This document shows, one piece after another, positions 20,596-31,090 of a stretch of 64,000 bases of DNA. Position numbers and translations under genes: made by a program. Source of the stretch: Candidatus Poribacteria bacterium. GTDB taxonomy: Bacteria; Poribacteria; WGA-4E; UBA9662. The notes under the pieces were generated by a model. It was given only the letters and a program-made list of their open reading frames with translations, did no database searches and was not told where the DNA came from. The DNA lies in contig JAYGDX010000171.1 in assembly GCA_046582655.1 (NCBI GenBank), positions 1-64,000 on the forward strand, given 5' to 3'. Each line of letters starts with the position of its first letter. Position 1 is the first letter of the stretch.

Positions 20596-21444
20596 CTACA
20601 ATCGGTCTTCGATACCTACGGCATAATCAAGGTAACGCAGCCCTTCATCCAGGGTGGTGAAGTAACCATCAGCAAATGGCTTGACGTAGTCGTAGGCGTG
20701 AGAGTAATGGTCGCCTTGGTTGACGAAAAGAATTTGTTTGCCTAGAGCGTTAGCATAACCTACTGCTAGTACGAGATTGAACAGTCGGCCTCCGCTATCT
20801 GTTCGACAAGCAAAAAGGATATCTGCTTCGGCGAGATCCTGCATTCCCGATTCAGCAAGAATCGTAACTGACTTGTCATTCTGGTATTGTGCTTGAACGC
20901 GGTCTGTCCACGCCGATGAGGGACTGCCGGAAAGGAAGATCCTGTGTTCCAGGTGGTTGATTGGCTGAGTGAATTGATTTGGTTCGGAACCTGCCCCCCT
21001 ATTTTCAGATGGAGCTGTTATAATTTGATGGAGTGAGTCCAGACCATCCGATAACGAATCAAATGATTGATTAATATAAGGTTGAGCACATTCCACTTCA
21101 TCATCTAAGCTTCTGGCTTCATTAACAAAAAGAACCCTCTTTTTCTTGGCGTGAGCAATCCCTGTTTCCAGCATAATGTTAAAGGATCTATAGCGATCGT
21201 CCGGAATATAACCGAACAGAATGTCGCTTTTGCTGAGCATCTGCGTGATTCGCAGTTTGTGCCCCGGTTTAACATCGCCCGGTGCTCCCATAGCATCACT
21301 GAGTCCATGATTTTCGCAAGGCCCAACGAAGATGACGTGGTCATCTTTAAGGTACTTAGCTTTTACCGGTTCTCTCCAATCGCTGTGAGCACTACTTGAA
21401 AGATATACAACATAGGGTTTTACCTCGTCCATTTTGTTCTCCAT
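20596..21444 (-). CDS. Tandem YtoQ / nucleoside 2-deoxyribosyltransferase-like domain protein
   Basis: Two internal copies: VYLS...HSDWRE...DILFG...FN..LETGIAHAKKK and IFLSG...W...DILFA...FN..LAVGYANALGK. Confidence 0.65.
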   Translation of the reverse strand: MENKMDEVKPYVVYLSSSAHSDWREPVKAKYLKDDHVIFVGPCENHGLSDAMGAPGDVKPGHKLRITQMLSKSDILFGYIPDDRYRSFNIMLETGIAHAKKKRVLFVNEARSLDDEVECAQPYINQSFDSLSDGLDSLHQIITAPSENRGAGSEPNQFTQPINHLEHRIFLSGSPSSAWTDRVQAQYQNDKSVTILAESGMQDLAEADILFACRTDSGGRLFNLVLAVGYANALGKQILFVNQGDHYSHAYDYVKPFADGYFTTLDEGLRYLDYAVGIEDRL

Positions 21445-21450
21445 TTATTC

Positions 21451-22227
21451 TTAGGGGGCAATTATCTGTTCTTTCAATTGTTGTGTGAACACACAACTCC
21501 TAGATATACTTCCAATGTCTTCCATTTGGTATTGGATCACGAGTGGGCCGTTAAAGTTAATTTCCTTTAAGCCGGAAGCAAAAGAAGAAAAATCAAATTC
21601 GCCCGTTCCCGGTTCCCCACGATGGCTGCCAGAAATGTGAACGTCACCAAGAAAGTCTTTCATCTCCAAGACGGATTTGTATGGATCTGCGTTATCATTG
21701 AAAAGATGATAGGTGTCGCAGGTCAAATGCACCGGTAATTGGGTATCCTGAATAAATGCAAGCCCGTCATGGTAATTATCTATTGGACATCCTTTTTCAA
21801 ATTCTATGGTGATTGTCAGATTATGTTCGGTGAGAACGGGACACATCTTGTACAGATTTTCCGCCAGCGTATCCAGTTCGGCTTCTACCGACACATTTTG
21901 CGTTGGATTTGGCCAAATCCCAATTATGTTAGCATTAACTTGCTGGGCAACATCTAAGACAATTTCAAAATGTTCAAAGGCTTCGGATTTCAGATCTGGG
22001 TTAGTCAGAATATGATTCCCAAACCCAACGGTTGGTACAGTGAGATGATACTTTTCAACAAGTTGTTTCATCTCGTTAATCTCACTTGGGGATAAATCGC
22101 CTAAAAAAGCTTGATTAACGGGAATATTAATTCCGTCATATCCCCCTTTAGAAACAAGTTCAAATATCTCAGATCGAGTGAATCTCCCCAGCGTGCCTGC
22201 GTAAGGGTCATAGCAAACAGGTAGCAT
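21451..22227 (-). CDS. Sugar phosphate isomerase/epimerase (xylose isomerase-like TIM barrel)
   Basis: GYDGI, IEFE, DTYH, VHIS, RGEPGTGEFDF. Confidence 0.8.
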   Translation of the reverse strand: MLPVCYDPYAGTLGRFTRSEIFELVSKGGYDGINIPVNQAFLGDLSPSEINEMKQLVEKYHLTVPTVGFGNHILTNPDLKSEAFEHFEIVLDVAQQVNANIIGIWPNPTQNVSVEAELDTLAENLYKMCPVLTEHNLTITIEFEKGCPIDNYHDGLAFIQDTQLPVHLTCDTYHLFNDNADPYKSVLEMKDFLGDVHISGSHRGEPGTGEFDFSSFASGLKEINFNGPLVIQYQMEDIGSISRSCVFTQQLKEQIIAP

Positions 22228-22257
22228 GGAATTCCCTTATCAATTTGGTGTCAACAA

Positions 22258-23034
22258 TTACCAGACTGTTTTTACTGCTGCCCAAGTTGTTGTCAGTTTG
22301 GATTCTGGCTGAACGCTTAAAATTTTATCAAGTCCATCTTCCATCAATTTCTTGATATCATCAGGCTCTAATATCGTGTTGAAAATGAGAAATTCGTCCA
22401 GTAATCCCTGCCACTGGCGTTGAATTGCACCGGAAAACCAACCACCAATTCCTGCCACATCAAGTACTCCGGGGTTGCCGCCCCAGTTGTTTTCGTTATC
22501 AAGTTCACCGTTAATGTAGAAACGGATCTTCTTCTCCTTGGCACTATAAGCGGTCGCAACATGAACCCACTTATTCATTTCCTTCCCGGTAATCATGAAA
22601 TTGGCAAATGTATCATTTCCGCCGGGATTCCCGTTAATCGAAAATTCGATTTGCTTATTGGGGTGAAGTTGATAATGAATGTCTCCACCTTTCCAACCAT
22701 CATTATTAAAGAAAACTCGCCATTGACCATCCCTGTCTGTTGAGTTGACCCAGTGTGTAAAAGTGATTTCTTCAAAAGATCCAATTTTTTTGGGTATTTT
22801 GACGAAATCGTCCTTACCATCAAGTTCTATAGCTTTGCCGATTTTTCCCTGAACAAATTTAGCACCGCCTTCAATTTTACCATCGAACCCGTTTCCGGTT
22901 ATGTCTTCAGCGTTACCTTCAAATAGCCAAGCAGCAGAAATAGTATTTGGGTCTATCTTCGCGTAGATCGATGTGTTGATTAACAAGATCAAGCAGGCGA
23001 ATACTGACCAGAATCTGAGATTGTTCATTAACAT
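22258..23034 (-). CDS. Secreted LamG-like protein
   Basis: Signal peptide; GKIGKAIELDG, WVHVATAY, FYINGEL, GLLDEF; tail SVQPESKLTTTWAAVK. Confidence 0.85.
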   Translation of the reverse strand: MLMNNLRFWSVFACLILLINTSIYAKIDPNTISAAWLFEGNAEDITGNGFDGKIEGGAKFVQGKIGKAIELDGKDDFVKIPKKIGSFEEITFTHWVNSTDRDGQWRVFFNNDGWKGGDIHYQLHPNKQIEFSINGNPGGNDTFANFMITGKEMNKWVHVATAYSAKEKKIRFYINGELDNENNWGGNPGVLDVAGIGGWFSGAIQRQWQGLLDEFLIFNTILEPDDIKKLMEDGLDKILSVQPESKLTTTWAAVKTVW

Positions 23035-23149
23035 TTCTCCTTTAAAATTATATTGACATTTATAATAACATAACCTGTAAACCTTTTGGCAGTTTGTCCT
23101 GTAGATCTCACCGAACAGCTCAATGGTCGTTCATCTCTTGATTCTTGTT

Positions 23150-23341
23150 TCAGTAGTCGATGACTTGGCAGAATTCGAAAAGCTTCTTGGCACGCTCCGA
23201 AAATCCTTCGTACGTCTCCGACGGCACTTTCACGGATTGATTGATACTGATCCACGACAGCCCGTAGCAGACAACGATTTCGGGACGCGGCTCATTAGAA
23301 GTGTAGGGCGTGCCGCGATGCAGCGTCCGAAGATCCTGTAT
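23150..23341 (-). pseudogene. C-terminal remnant of a PhyH-family dioxygenase
   Basis: Startless frame IQDLRTLHRGTPYTSNEPRPEIVVCYGLSW...IDY* carries the D.R..HRG.PN.S..PR motif. It is preceded in frame by TAA. Confidence 0.7.
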
Positions 23342-23342
23342 C

Positions 23343-24086
23343 TTATTTTAATCGAAGAATCTCTTGTTGCGATTCATTAAGCATATCCATCACTCTTGGA
23401 CTAAACTGCAATCCTTGTCCACCCCAATCCGGCATATAGCCGATGCTGTAACAATAGAAAATGGTACGGCGAGTCCGATTAGAGACGTTAATGGTGGAAC
23501 CGTGTGTGAGAGCTTCAGTAAAGATAATCGCGTCTCCTGCTTTGGCGGGAATTGGCATCAAAGGCGGATTTTCTTCAGGATGACTCCCCCACGGTTTGGA
23601 GAAATTACTTTTGTGCGCGCCTGGAATAACAGCGAAGCAACCGTCTTCAACATCACAATCAAGCATCGGAAACACAGCTTTGCTTAAGGTGGAAACCATC
23701 TGACCGTTACGACAATGATACTGGCATTTTGAAATTATCGGCATCCCATGCATGTGGAGTGAAGTGTAACCGCCACCCCATCTATAAATTGTATAAGTAT
23801 GGTTTAATCTATACGGCCCACCGGTTACCTCTTGAATTACCGACAACACCTCTGGAATGTCAACTAGAGGGACTAATGCTGAATCACTTTCCAGTATATT
23901 GGAAATATAAAGTTCCTTTTCTGTCTTGGTCGTTCCAAGTACCAACGGTGGTGGAAAATCCTCCGGCGGCATATTCTCAAATCGATCTAGAACTTTATTG
24001 CAATTATCGATTACTGATTTGGGGACGACGTTTTTAAGAACAATATAACCTTGCAGATCAAAAAGGTATTTCTGTTCCTGATTCAT
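23343..24086 (-). CDS. Phytanoyl-CoA dioxygenase (PhyH)-family protein
   Basis: YLFDLQGYIVLKNV, VIPGAHKSNF, KAGDAIIFTEALTHG, RRTIFYCY. Confidence 0.85.
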   Translation of the reverse strand: MNQEQKYLFDLQGYIVLKNVVPKSVIDNCNKVLDRFENMPPEDFPPPLVLGTTKTEKELYISNILESDSALVPLVDIPEVLSVIQEVTGGPYRLNHTYTIYRWGGGYTSLHMHGMPIISKCQYHCRNGQMVSTLSKAVFPMLDCDVEDGCFAVIPGAHKSNFSKPWGSHPEENPPLMPIPAKAGDAIIFTEALTHGSTINVSNRTRRTIFYCYSIGYMPDWGGQGLQFSPRVMDMLNESQQEILRLK

Positions 24087-24120
24087 TTCAGTTCCTTCCT
24101 ACTTGGCTGGTGTGACTTTA

Positions 24121-24918
24121 TTAATCCAGTACAGGACGATTCAACCGAGTATGGTACGGTGGTTCCATGACACTGCGTTGCTTTTCATCCGCCCATTCGG
24201 GAATTGTATAGGCAGGTACATATGCTAGATTACCGGCGGTATATCGGGTTAGAACCGAACGTCTGGGGTGATCGGCAGTCCAAGGCAGTGTGCCATGAGT
24301 GACGGCTTCCGTAAAGATGACCACACTTCCAGCTTTACACGTAATTTGACGTACATGTTCCTGATGTTTCTCGTATCTTTTCATTTGGATTGGACATGAG
24401 AAGTTACTCTTATGGCTACCGGGAATGACGATTAGTCCGCCATCGCCTGGATTCACATCTCCTAGTTGAAAAGCAACAACTGTTAGACCACAATGCATTT
24501 TTCCGTTCTGGAAGATGTAGTATTGGTTGGGATCAAATCCGGGGCCTGATGAACCATGGAAAATGAATCCTTCAGCACCTTTGTCCATTGATATCAGAAA
24601 CATCTGGTGATCCATTCGGAATCCCTTGCCTAGAATTTCGTTCAGACATGGTACTATTTTGGGGTGGACTAACATTTCCCGAAAAGGATCGCACCACGGT
24701 GATTCAAGCTCAAGAAGTCCGCCAAATTCGCCTCGGCCATGTGTTCCCTCCAGCATTTCTGAATCACCATCAAGTTTTTGTTCTTTTGGACGGATGTGCA
24801 TCTTGTCCGAATATTGATTGATTGCTTGGTTGGCAATCTCAACTTCTTCCACTGTTAAGACATCTTCAACGACGAGATACCCATTTAGATCAAATAGATA
24901 CTTTTCATCATCGTTCAT
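24121..24918 (-). CDS. Phytanoyl-CoA dioxygenase (PhyH)-family protein
   Basis: YLFDLNGYLVVEDVL, DGGLIVIPGSHKSNF, KAGSVVIFTEAVTHGTLPW, RRSVLTRY. Confidence 0.85.
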   Translation of the reverse strand: MNDDEKYLFDLNGYLVVEDVLTVEEVEIANQAINQYSDKMHIRPKEQKLDGDSEMLEGTHGRGEFGGLLELESPWCDPFREMLVHPKIVPCLNEILGKGFRMDHQMFLISMDKGAEGFIFHGSSGPGFDPNQYYIFQNGKMHCGLTVVAFQLGDVNPGDGGLIVIPGSHKSNFSCPIQMKRYEKHQEHVRQITCKAGSVVIFTEAVTHGTLPWTADHPRRSVLTRYTAGNLAYVPAYTIPEWADEKQRSVMEPPYHTRLNRPVLD

Positions 24919-24967
24919 GGGTTTAGGCTCCTATAATTAAAAATTAATAGTTTGTTAAGAATTAGTT

Positions 24968-26362
24968 TTAATAAGGCCATATAGCTGGCAAAGGGCGTTC
25001 TATTTCAATCAGTCGGCGAATGAGTCGCAATCGGTGGTTTTCTAAGACAGAAGCGTAAGCTGGATCTTTCGCCACATTCTGGTATGCGCTAGGATCCTTT
25101 TGCAAATCGTATAAACTTTCACGTCCATCGGATTCTATAATATACCGAAAACTATCGGTTCTAATTGTTTTCCAACCTGTCATTTCCATTAAAGCTACAC
25201 CGTTGCTGGGTTCATCATTTTGAATAACTTTAGTCAGGGAATTTCCTTGCAGGTGAGGAGGAATTGGAATTCCAGCATAATCAAGTAGCGAAGGAACAAC
25301 ATCAACTCCTTCAACAATCTGGTTGATTTTCTTCTCCTTATCTATTTTCCGAGGATAGCGGATGATTAGAGGTACCCGGCTGACACAGTCATGCCCAGGA
25401 TAGCCTTTCCCATAACGTAGGTGTTCACCTAGCCACTCGCCGTGATCCGACGTAAACACGACGATCGTGTTCTCTGCCAGGCCGAGTTGTTCTAATTCAC
25501 TTAAAATTCGACCCACATGGTGATCGACTTCACTAACCATAGCATAATACCCGTGATGGGCGGAACGTAACTCTTGATCAGAGAAACGTTGATCAGTCCG
25601 CATTTGATCAACCTCCGGTGGGAAATTAGGGATTTGCAGTTGATCAGGATCATATTTATCTAGGAACTCCTGCGGTGCCACCCACGGAGAATGAGGAGAA
25701 TAGTAGCCTGAAACACAGAGAAACGGCTGATTTTGCTGCTGTTTTATAAACTTAATGGTTTGTTCTGTCACAAAAGCGGTATGCGTAACATCACTGGTTC
25801 CTCGAAAAGCAATCGCTTCTTTGGGGAACCGATCCTCTGGATGGGTGATTTCGTCCTGAACACTCATCTGTTGATGCCAAGTTTCTGTTGCCGGGGGTAA
25901 GCCAATACTAATGTAATCCAGTTGATCAGGATCTTTTTGCGAAACCCAACTGCGGTATGCGTCCGCGTAACACCCAGGCTCATCTGAAATTTCAAGATGG
26001 TCAAATCCGTAATCCGGATGAATCTGTCGGTGATCTCTGTTGGCGTGGGGTAGGAAATGAAGTTTACCGATATTTGCACTGCGATATCCGTAATTTCGTA
26101 ACATTTTGGGTAGAGCTATAGTGTCGTCTGGTACGGGAATCCCCATCCTTGTGATTCGTAGTGTCGATGGGTATTGTCCTGTTAAGAAACTGACACGGCT
26201 GGGCATACATACGGGATTCTGAACAAAGTATCGACTGAAGTTTGCACCTTCAGCGACTAACCGATCTAAGTTCGGTGTTTGGATATTACTATTGCCGTTA
26301 GCTCCTAGAGCGTCCCATCGCTGTTGATCAGTATACAGTACCAAGATGTTCGGGCGATCCAT
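24968..26362 (-). CDS. Sulfatase (Cys-type)
   Basis: PNILVLYTDQQR, CMPSR, GKLH, TSDHGEWLGEH, LYDL..DP. Confidence 0.92.
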   Translation of the reverse strand: MDRPNILVLYTDQQRWDALGANGNSNIQTPNLDRLVAEGANFSRYFVQNPVCMPSRVSFLTGQYPSTLRITRMGIPVPDDTIALPKMLRNYGYRSANIGKLHFLPHANRDHRQIHPDYGFDHLEISDEPGCYADAYRSWVSQKDPDQLDYISIGLPPATETWHQQMSVQDEITHPEDRFPKEAIAFRGTSDVTHTAFVTEQTIKFIKQQQNQPFLCVSGYYSPHSPWVAPQEFLDKYDPDQLQIPNFPPEVDQMRTDQRFSDQELRSAHHGYYAMVSEVDHHVGRILSELEQLGLAENTIVVFTSDHGEWLGEHLRYGKGYPGHDCVSRVPLIIRYPRKIDKEKKINQIVEGVDVVPSLLDYAGIPIPPHLQGNSLTKVIQNDEPSNGVALMEMTGWKTIRTDSFRYIIESDGRESLYDLQKDPSAYQNVAKDPAYASVLENHRLRLIRRLIEIERPLPAIWPY

Positions 26363-26383
26363 TTAAATTCCTATCCATTTCTA

Positions 26384-26971
26384 CTATTGCGGAATGATCT
26401 GTCTTCCTTTTTTATCGATATACTTTATTTGTCCATCTATTTCGATGTAGGCAATGCCATCAGAGAATGACCGGGCAGAGCCATACTGAGGAGATAAGAT
26501 ATACTGACCACTCTTAGCAATGTAACCGTATTTATCCTCAACTTTTACGCAGGCAATACCTTCTGAAAACCCCCAAGCTTCATCAAATTGAGGAGGTATA
26601 ACTAGTAGGTCTGATTTATTGATGTATCCCCACTTTCCTCCTATTTTTACTGGAGCAAGTCCGCCAAGGAAACCAAGAACCTCATCATATTTTAGATCTA
26701 TTACTATATTTCCAGTTGAATTGATGTAACCGGATTTTTGATCGCGTGTAACTCTGGCTAATCCTTCTGAGAACGGACAAGCATTGTCGAATTGCATAGG
26801 AACAATTATGTTGCCTCTAGCATCACTGTATCCCCATTTCCCATCAACCCTGATTCTGGTTAGCTCAGCGACATCTTTCAACTTTACATGGTGGTAAGCA
26901 ATAGCAAGAAGTATTATTATTGGGATTAGCAGCAATAAATAATGTGGAATTGGTAACTTGATAGGCAACAT
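26384..26971 (-). CDS. Membrane-anchored WG-repeat (KWG) protein
   Basis: N-terminal hydrophobic helix; repeats of GKWGYI..G...I..QF..A..FSEGLA. Confidence 0.85.
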   Translation of the reverse strand: MLPIKLPIPHYLLLLIPIIILLAIAYHHVKLKDVAELTRIRVDGKWGYSDARGNIIVPMQFDNACPFSEGLARVTRDQKSGYINSTGNIVIDLKYDEVLGFLGGLAPVKIGGKWGYINKSDLLVIPPQFDEAWGFSEGIACVKVEDKYGYIAKSGQYILSPQYGSARSFSDGIAYIEIDGQIKYIDKKGRQIIPQ

Positions 26972-26985
26972 CCATCACCTCGTTT

Positions 26986-27705
26986 CTATCTTGGTGAAAA
27001 AGGACCTAATTGAATACCATGTGGATCTACAATACCCGTACGCGTGTAATCAAACCATATTTTGGCCTGTTGCTGATCCATTCCAGATTGCAAATAGTCC
27101 TTTTTAAGTGCGTGCAAACAGTATTCTACCCGTTCAAAACGGAATCCCCCTTCTTCAATCAGCATACACTGTGCCCGATAGTCACCATCACGTGGTTGAC
27201 CGATAGTACCGGGATTAACAACCAGTTTTCCTTTAACCTCAAACTTCATTGCCATATGGGTGTGGCCTGACAGTATTCGATCTTCTGAAGTACCCTGGAT
27301 TGCTTCAAGGTTATCGCCTTCGTCTGCGTATGGGTGGAGGCGACCACTAGTATGATGTTTAGGAGAACCATGTACTAAGCAGTATGATCTCTTCTCCACT
27401 TCTGTGGAGAGAAGAGACGGAAGTTTTTGCAGATAATCCAAGGTTTCGATTGTCGTATGGTGTGGGAACCAACCTAACCAGCCGACAGTCTGACTTGGTT
27501 GTTGTACAGCAAAATGGTCGTCATGGTTTCCACGGATAACGTGTTTACAATGAGTGTGAACTAAATCGACACACTCAGACGGACACGGGCCATATTCAAC
27601 GATATCGCCTAAACACCAGATTTCGTCCACATCCGGGAACTTATCAATAACCGCCTTTAATCCACGGTAGTTTGCATGAATGTCAGCAATTACCAATATT
27701 CGCAT
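26986..27705 (-). CDS. Calcineurin-like metallophosphoesterase
   Basis: DIHAN, LGDIVEYG, RGNHD, HGSP, GHTH, NPGTIGQPRDG. Confidence 0.92.
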   Translation of the reverse strand: MRILVIADIHANYRGLKAVIDKFPDVDEIWCLGDIVEYGPCPSECVDLVHTHCKHVIRGNHDDHFAVQQPSQTVGWLGWFPHHTTIETLDYLQKLPSLLSTEVEKRSYCLVHGSPKHHTSGRLHPYADEGDNLEAIQGTSEDRILSGHTHMAMKFEVKGKLVVNPGTIGQPRDGDYRAQCMLIEEGGFRFERVEYCLHALKKDYLQSGMDQQQAKIWFDYTRTGIVDPHGIQLGPFSPR

Positions 27706-27734
27706 TGGTTGCCCTGAAATATTTTAGCTGTGTT

Positions 27735-28571
27735 TCAAGCTAGACGATTCCAGATTTTGTCGATCTCGTCCCGTATCGCTTGCGCATCTTTCCATCGATC
27801 AGGAAAAATCGATAAAGCATAACTGGGAGGTCCCTGTTCAGGACAAACATACATCTTGCTATCAGGTGTCGCCGTTTCCAGCCACGCTTCAATGACTTTT
27901 TCCGCGAACGGTAACCAATCGATAAACTCGGGTGTGAAATTTCCTTGATGATCCAGTGCTGAGATTTGGCAATGATGTCCGTTGAAGGGCCGGAAATGGA
28001 ATTGTGATGCGTACTGAATCAGATCTACTCTTTCTGCCAGCCGATCCCAGTAAGGGGGGGAAATGTGTTTAATAATTGCAGGATGAGAAAAGTCCCAGGT
28101 GATCTTTAGCGGTTGGTTTTCTATCTGTTCGTACCCTTCAGCTAAAGCATATGTCTTCTCGGGAGTTTCCGTGCAAGTATCTCGATGAACTTCAATTCCC
28201 ACATCCATCTCCAGTTTATCTGCTACCTTCATTACTTCGCAAGCAAGCGGTACTGCAACCTCGGTTGGTGTGTCGTGGTCCAGCATTTGCACATTCACGC
28301 ATGCTACCCCAACTTCCTTGATAGCCTGAAGTTCCGATTCGACATCACTTTCCTCACCAATATCAACAATTGCTGCGAAAAGAAGATTATGCTTGTTAAC
28401 AAGTTCTCTGGTTACTTGTGAAACTCGTCCGGCAAAACCATCAAACCCAGCTTCCTTGATAATATCTAACTTTTTTTCAATTGTCCACTCGCCGTTACTG
28501 TCACCGTAGCCAGAGAGGGTCCATAAACTGGCTATATGGTAGATCTTGGGAGCACCATCTGTACTATTCAT
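27735..28571 (-). CDS. Xylose isomerase-like TIM barrel protein
   Basis: IKEAGFDG, IEVHRD, TWDFSHP, HFR, CPEQGP. Confidence 0.75.
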   Translation of the reverse strand: MNSTDGAPKIYHIASLWTLSGYGDSNGEWTIEKKLDIIKEAGFDGFAGRVSQVTRELVNKHNLLFAAIVDIGEESDVESELQAIKEVGVACVNVQMLDHDTPTEVAVPLACEVMKVADKLEMDVGIEVHRDTCTETPEKTYALAEGYEQIENQPLKITWDFSHPAIIKHISPPYWDRLAERVDLIQYASQFHFRPFNGHHCQISALDHQGNFTPEFIDWLPFAEKVIEAWLETATPDSKMYVCPEQGPPSYALSIFPDRWKDAQAIRDEIDKIWNRLA

Positions 28572-28601
28572 TAAGTTATCCTTGCTAGAATTGTTAATTT
28601 A

Positions 28602-30079
28602 CTAATTAGATATTTTCTCTCGTTTCCAGATAGTAAGATTCGTCATGTCGCGTGCCTTTGCAGCTAGCAATGTGGCGGCGAGAAAACTGACTGCAAACAT
28701 AACGATATTACCAATGATGCCAGTATAGTACAGTTCGAAAGGGAAACGCAAGGCTTCCGGCAGAATTCCTCTGCTTGAATCTGATAGAATTGTCCATAAG
28801 GTAAACAGGATAGTACTAATGATACCGAAACCAACCGCACGTGCATCACCAATGCTGGTTAAAAAACCAAGTAAATACATACCTAGTGATCCTCCACCCA
28901 GTAACGAACCGATAATTGTGCCTGTATCTTGTAATGTCTTGGTTTCAGAATTCCCCAGAATAATAGCGCCAAAAATCATCATTGCAGCGGTGATTGTGGC
29001 GGTACACTGCGCCATTCTAAGATAGTGAGCATCGTCTCGATTTTTGATGATGCTGGAATCGAGTGAAGACATAGCGGCAGCAACTACGGCGGAAATAAGT
29101 AATCCTGCAATTCCTGGTGGCAGGTAATTAATCATAAAGAATGGCAAAATTTGCTCGGCTTTCTCGTTACCTGATAGAATTAAAGTAGCTCTATCATGGG
29201 GGAAAACGTGAAAAAATGAAAAAAGAGCCGTTCCCAAAAACATGTAAAACGCCCAGATTGGTACACTGCAAAAGGCGCATGTGTACATTGCTTTTCTGGC
29301 TTCTTTTATGTTCTTAGAGGCGCAGTACCGTTGAATTACGTTCTAGTTGCCGCTGTACTCAGTCAGCCAAGCAGTTAATCCTAAGATAAGCATCATTGTT
29401 CCGGTCTTACTTGTCAGTGATATCCCCCACGATATCGGATGGAGTTTTCCGTCAACCAACTCTGAGAACGAGATTTTGTTGGATGCTGAAGCAATACGAA
29501 AAATATGGGACAATCCATCTGGAAGTTTGATTATGATAATGCTTAAACAGGCCACCCCACCCAGAACCAGTATGATTGTCTGAACCACGTCAGTCCATAT
29601 TACGGCCCTAATTCCACCAGTTACCGTGTAGAATGCCACGAAAGTACCACCAATCAGAATACATATCTCGGAACTTAGCCCGGTGATTTCATAAAGAACC
29701 AGTGATATTAAATAAAGGATGATACTGACGCGCACAAGTTGACCGGCGATGAAGCTTATTGATCCATAAACACGGACAGGTAGACCAAATCTATGTTCAA
29801 GGTATTCGTAAGCGGATGTTATTTTGCCATATCGAAAAAATGGTTGGGGATAAATCGTAGCCATGCGGTCTTAAAGGCGTCAGCAGGATATGCCAGAAAC
29901 GTAATTGAACTTATAGATGTACCTACTAAACTGAGTCCGATAACCCAACCCTGAAATGAACGGCTGCCGACAAAATAATCTTCCGTGCTATTATTGTTTC
30001 TGGAAAAATAGATCCCCATTAATGCCATACCAACTAAATACGCCAGCAACACCAGGATATCGAGATAATGTAAGTACAT
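28602..30079 (-). pseudogene. Sodium:solute symporter (SSS family) pseudogene
   Basis: Three ORF pieces are collinear with one SSS. Frameshift/deletion near 29845 (FIPN | PFFRYG). In-frame TAG at 29343-29345 in the conserved N[Q]NVIQRY. Probable deletion after SSLDSS. ATG at 30079 with GGAG RBS. Confidence 0.85.
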
Positions 30080-30242
30080 CTTAATTACATCTCCAAAATC
30101 GACGAGGGGCGCCATTTTATCTTGTTTTAACCCTGCAATCAATATATTATTGCTAATTACCTAATACATATTCTTGACAAGGTTTGGCACATTTACCACT
30201 ATGTGTCTGATTGTTGTAGCGGAATAGGTCAATAAACTAAAT

Positions 30243-31055
30243 ATGAAACTGGCAATCCGACAATATATGGCTCCAGGTAACATCTTGTCCGAGCGGTTAT
30301 CCAATATAGAAAAAATGGGGTTTGACGGAATTGAGCTTACTCCTCGAGATGTAACAGATTGGCGAAACTGGGTTAAAGAAGCCAAAGCTGATTTTTCAAG
30401 AAGTACCATCAAACCGACAATCGTTGGTATTAATAAAAGTGGTTGTCTTCTTGATCAGCGTAAGTCGGAACGCGACTTGGCCGTGAGTGGTATGAAACAA
30501 TCGTTGGAAGCGGCAGTTGAACTTGGCGGAATCGGCGTTATTTGTGTTCCTCTTATTGCTATCCGAATGGGTAAAGGACAGCGGATTAGCGATCTGTCTC
30601 CTTTCATGACGACCTATCAGCTTGAAAGGAAATTGCTGGTTGAACTTCTCGGTGATCTAGGTCAGCATGCCAAGAGGGTGGGTTCGTGTCTGATCCTTGA
30701 GCCACTAAATCGGTACGAATCGTTCTGGCTAAACTGTGTGTCGGAAGGCGTTGAAATTTGTAAAGAAGTTGGTAGTGATAGTGTTAGGACAATGGCAGAT
30801 TTCTTTCACATGCATATCGAAGAAGCGGACATTGTCGAAAGTCTGATCAATGCCGAAGGTTACCTTGCTCACGTACATTTAGCTGACAGTAACCGTGAAC
30901 TTCCTGGCCAAGGATTTACCAATTTTCGGCCGGGTTTAGAAGCGCTAAAATCGATTGGATATTCCGGTTTCATGGGAATTGAGAGCAAAATAACCGGTGA
31001 TCCGATGGTAGAACTTCCCAGATCAGTTAAATACCTTCGTGAATGTTACGATTAA
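30243..31055 (+). CDS. Sugar phosphate isomerase/epimerase
   Basis: GFDGIEL, LEPLNRYE, DFFHMHIEE, HVHLADSNR..PGQG. Confidence 0.9.
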   Translation: MKLAIRQYMAPGNILSERLSNIEKMGFDGIELTPRDVTDWRNWVKEAKADFSRSTIKPTIVGINKSGCLLDQRKSERDLAVSGMKQSLEAAVELGGIGVICVPLIAIRMGKGQRISDLSPFMTTYQLERKLLVELLGDLGQHAKRVGSCLILEPLNRYESFWLNCVSEGVEICKEVGSDSVRTMADFFHMHIEEADIVESLINAEGYLAHVHLADSNRELPGQGFTNFRPGLEALKSIGYSGFMGIESKITGDPMVELPRSVKYLRECYD

Positions 31056-31090
31056 ATATTGGATTTAGATTAGGAAAAGGATAGATAAAA

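Noticed and set aside
23028..23380. ORFs 23028-23255 (-) and 23123-23380 (+)
   Set aside because: Alternative frames over the PhyH remnant with no recognisable protein features.
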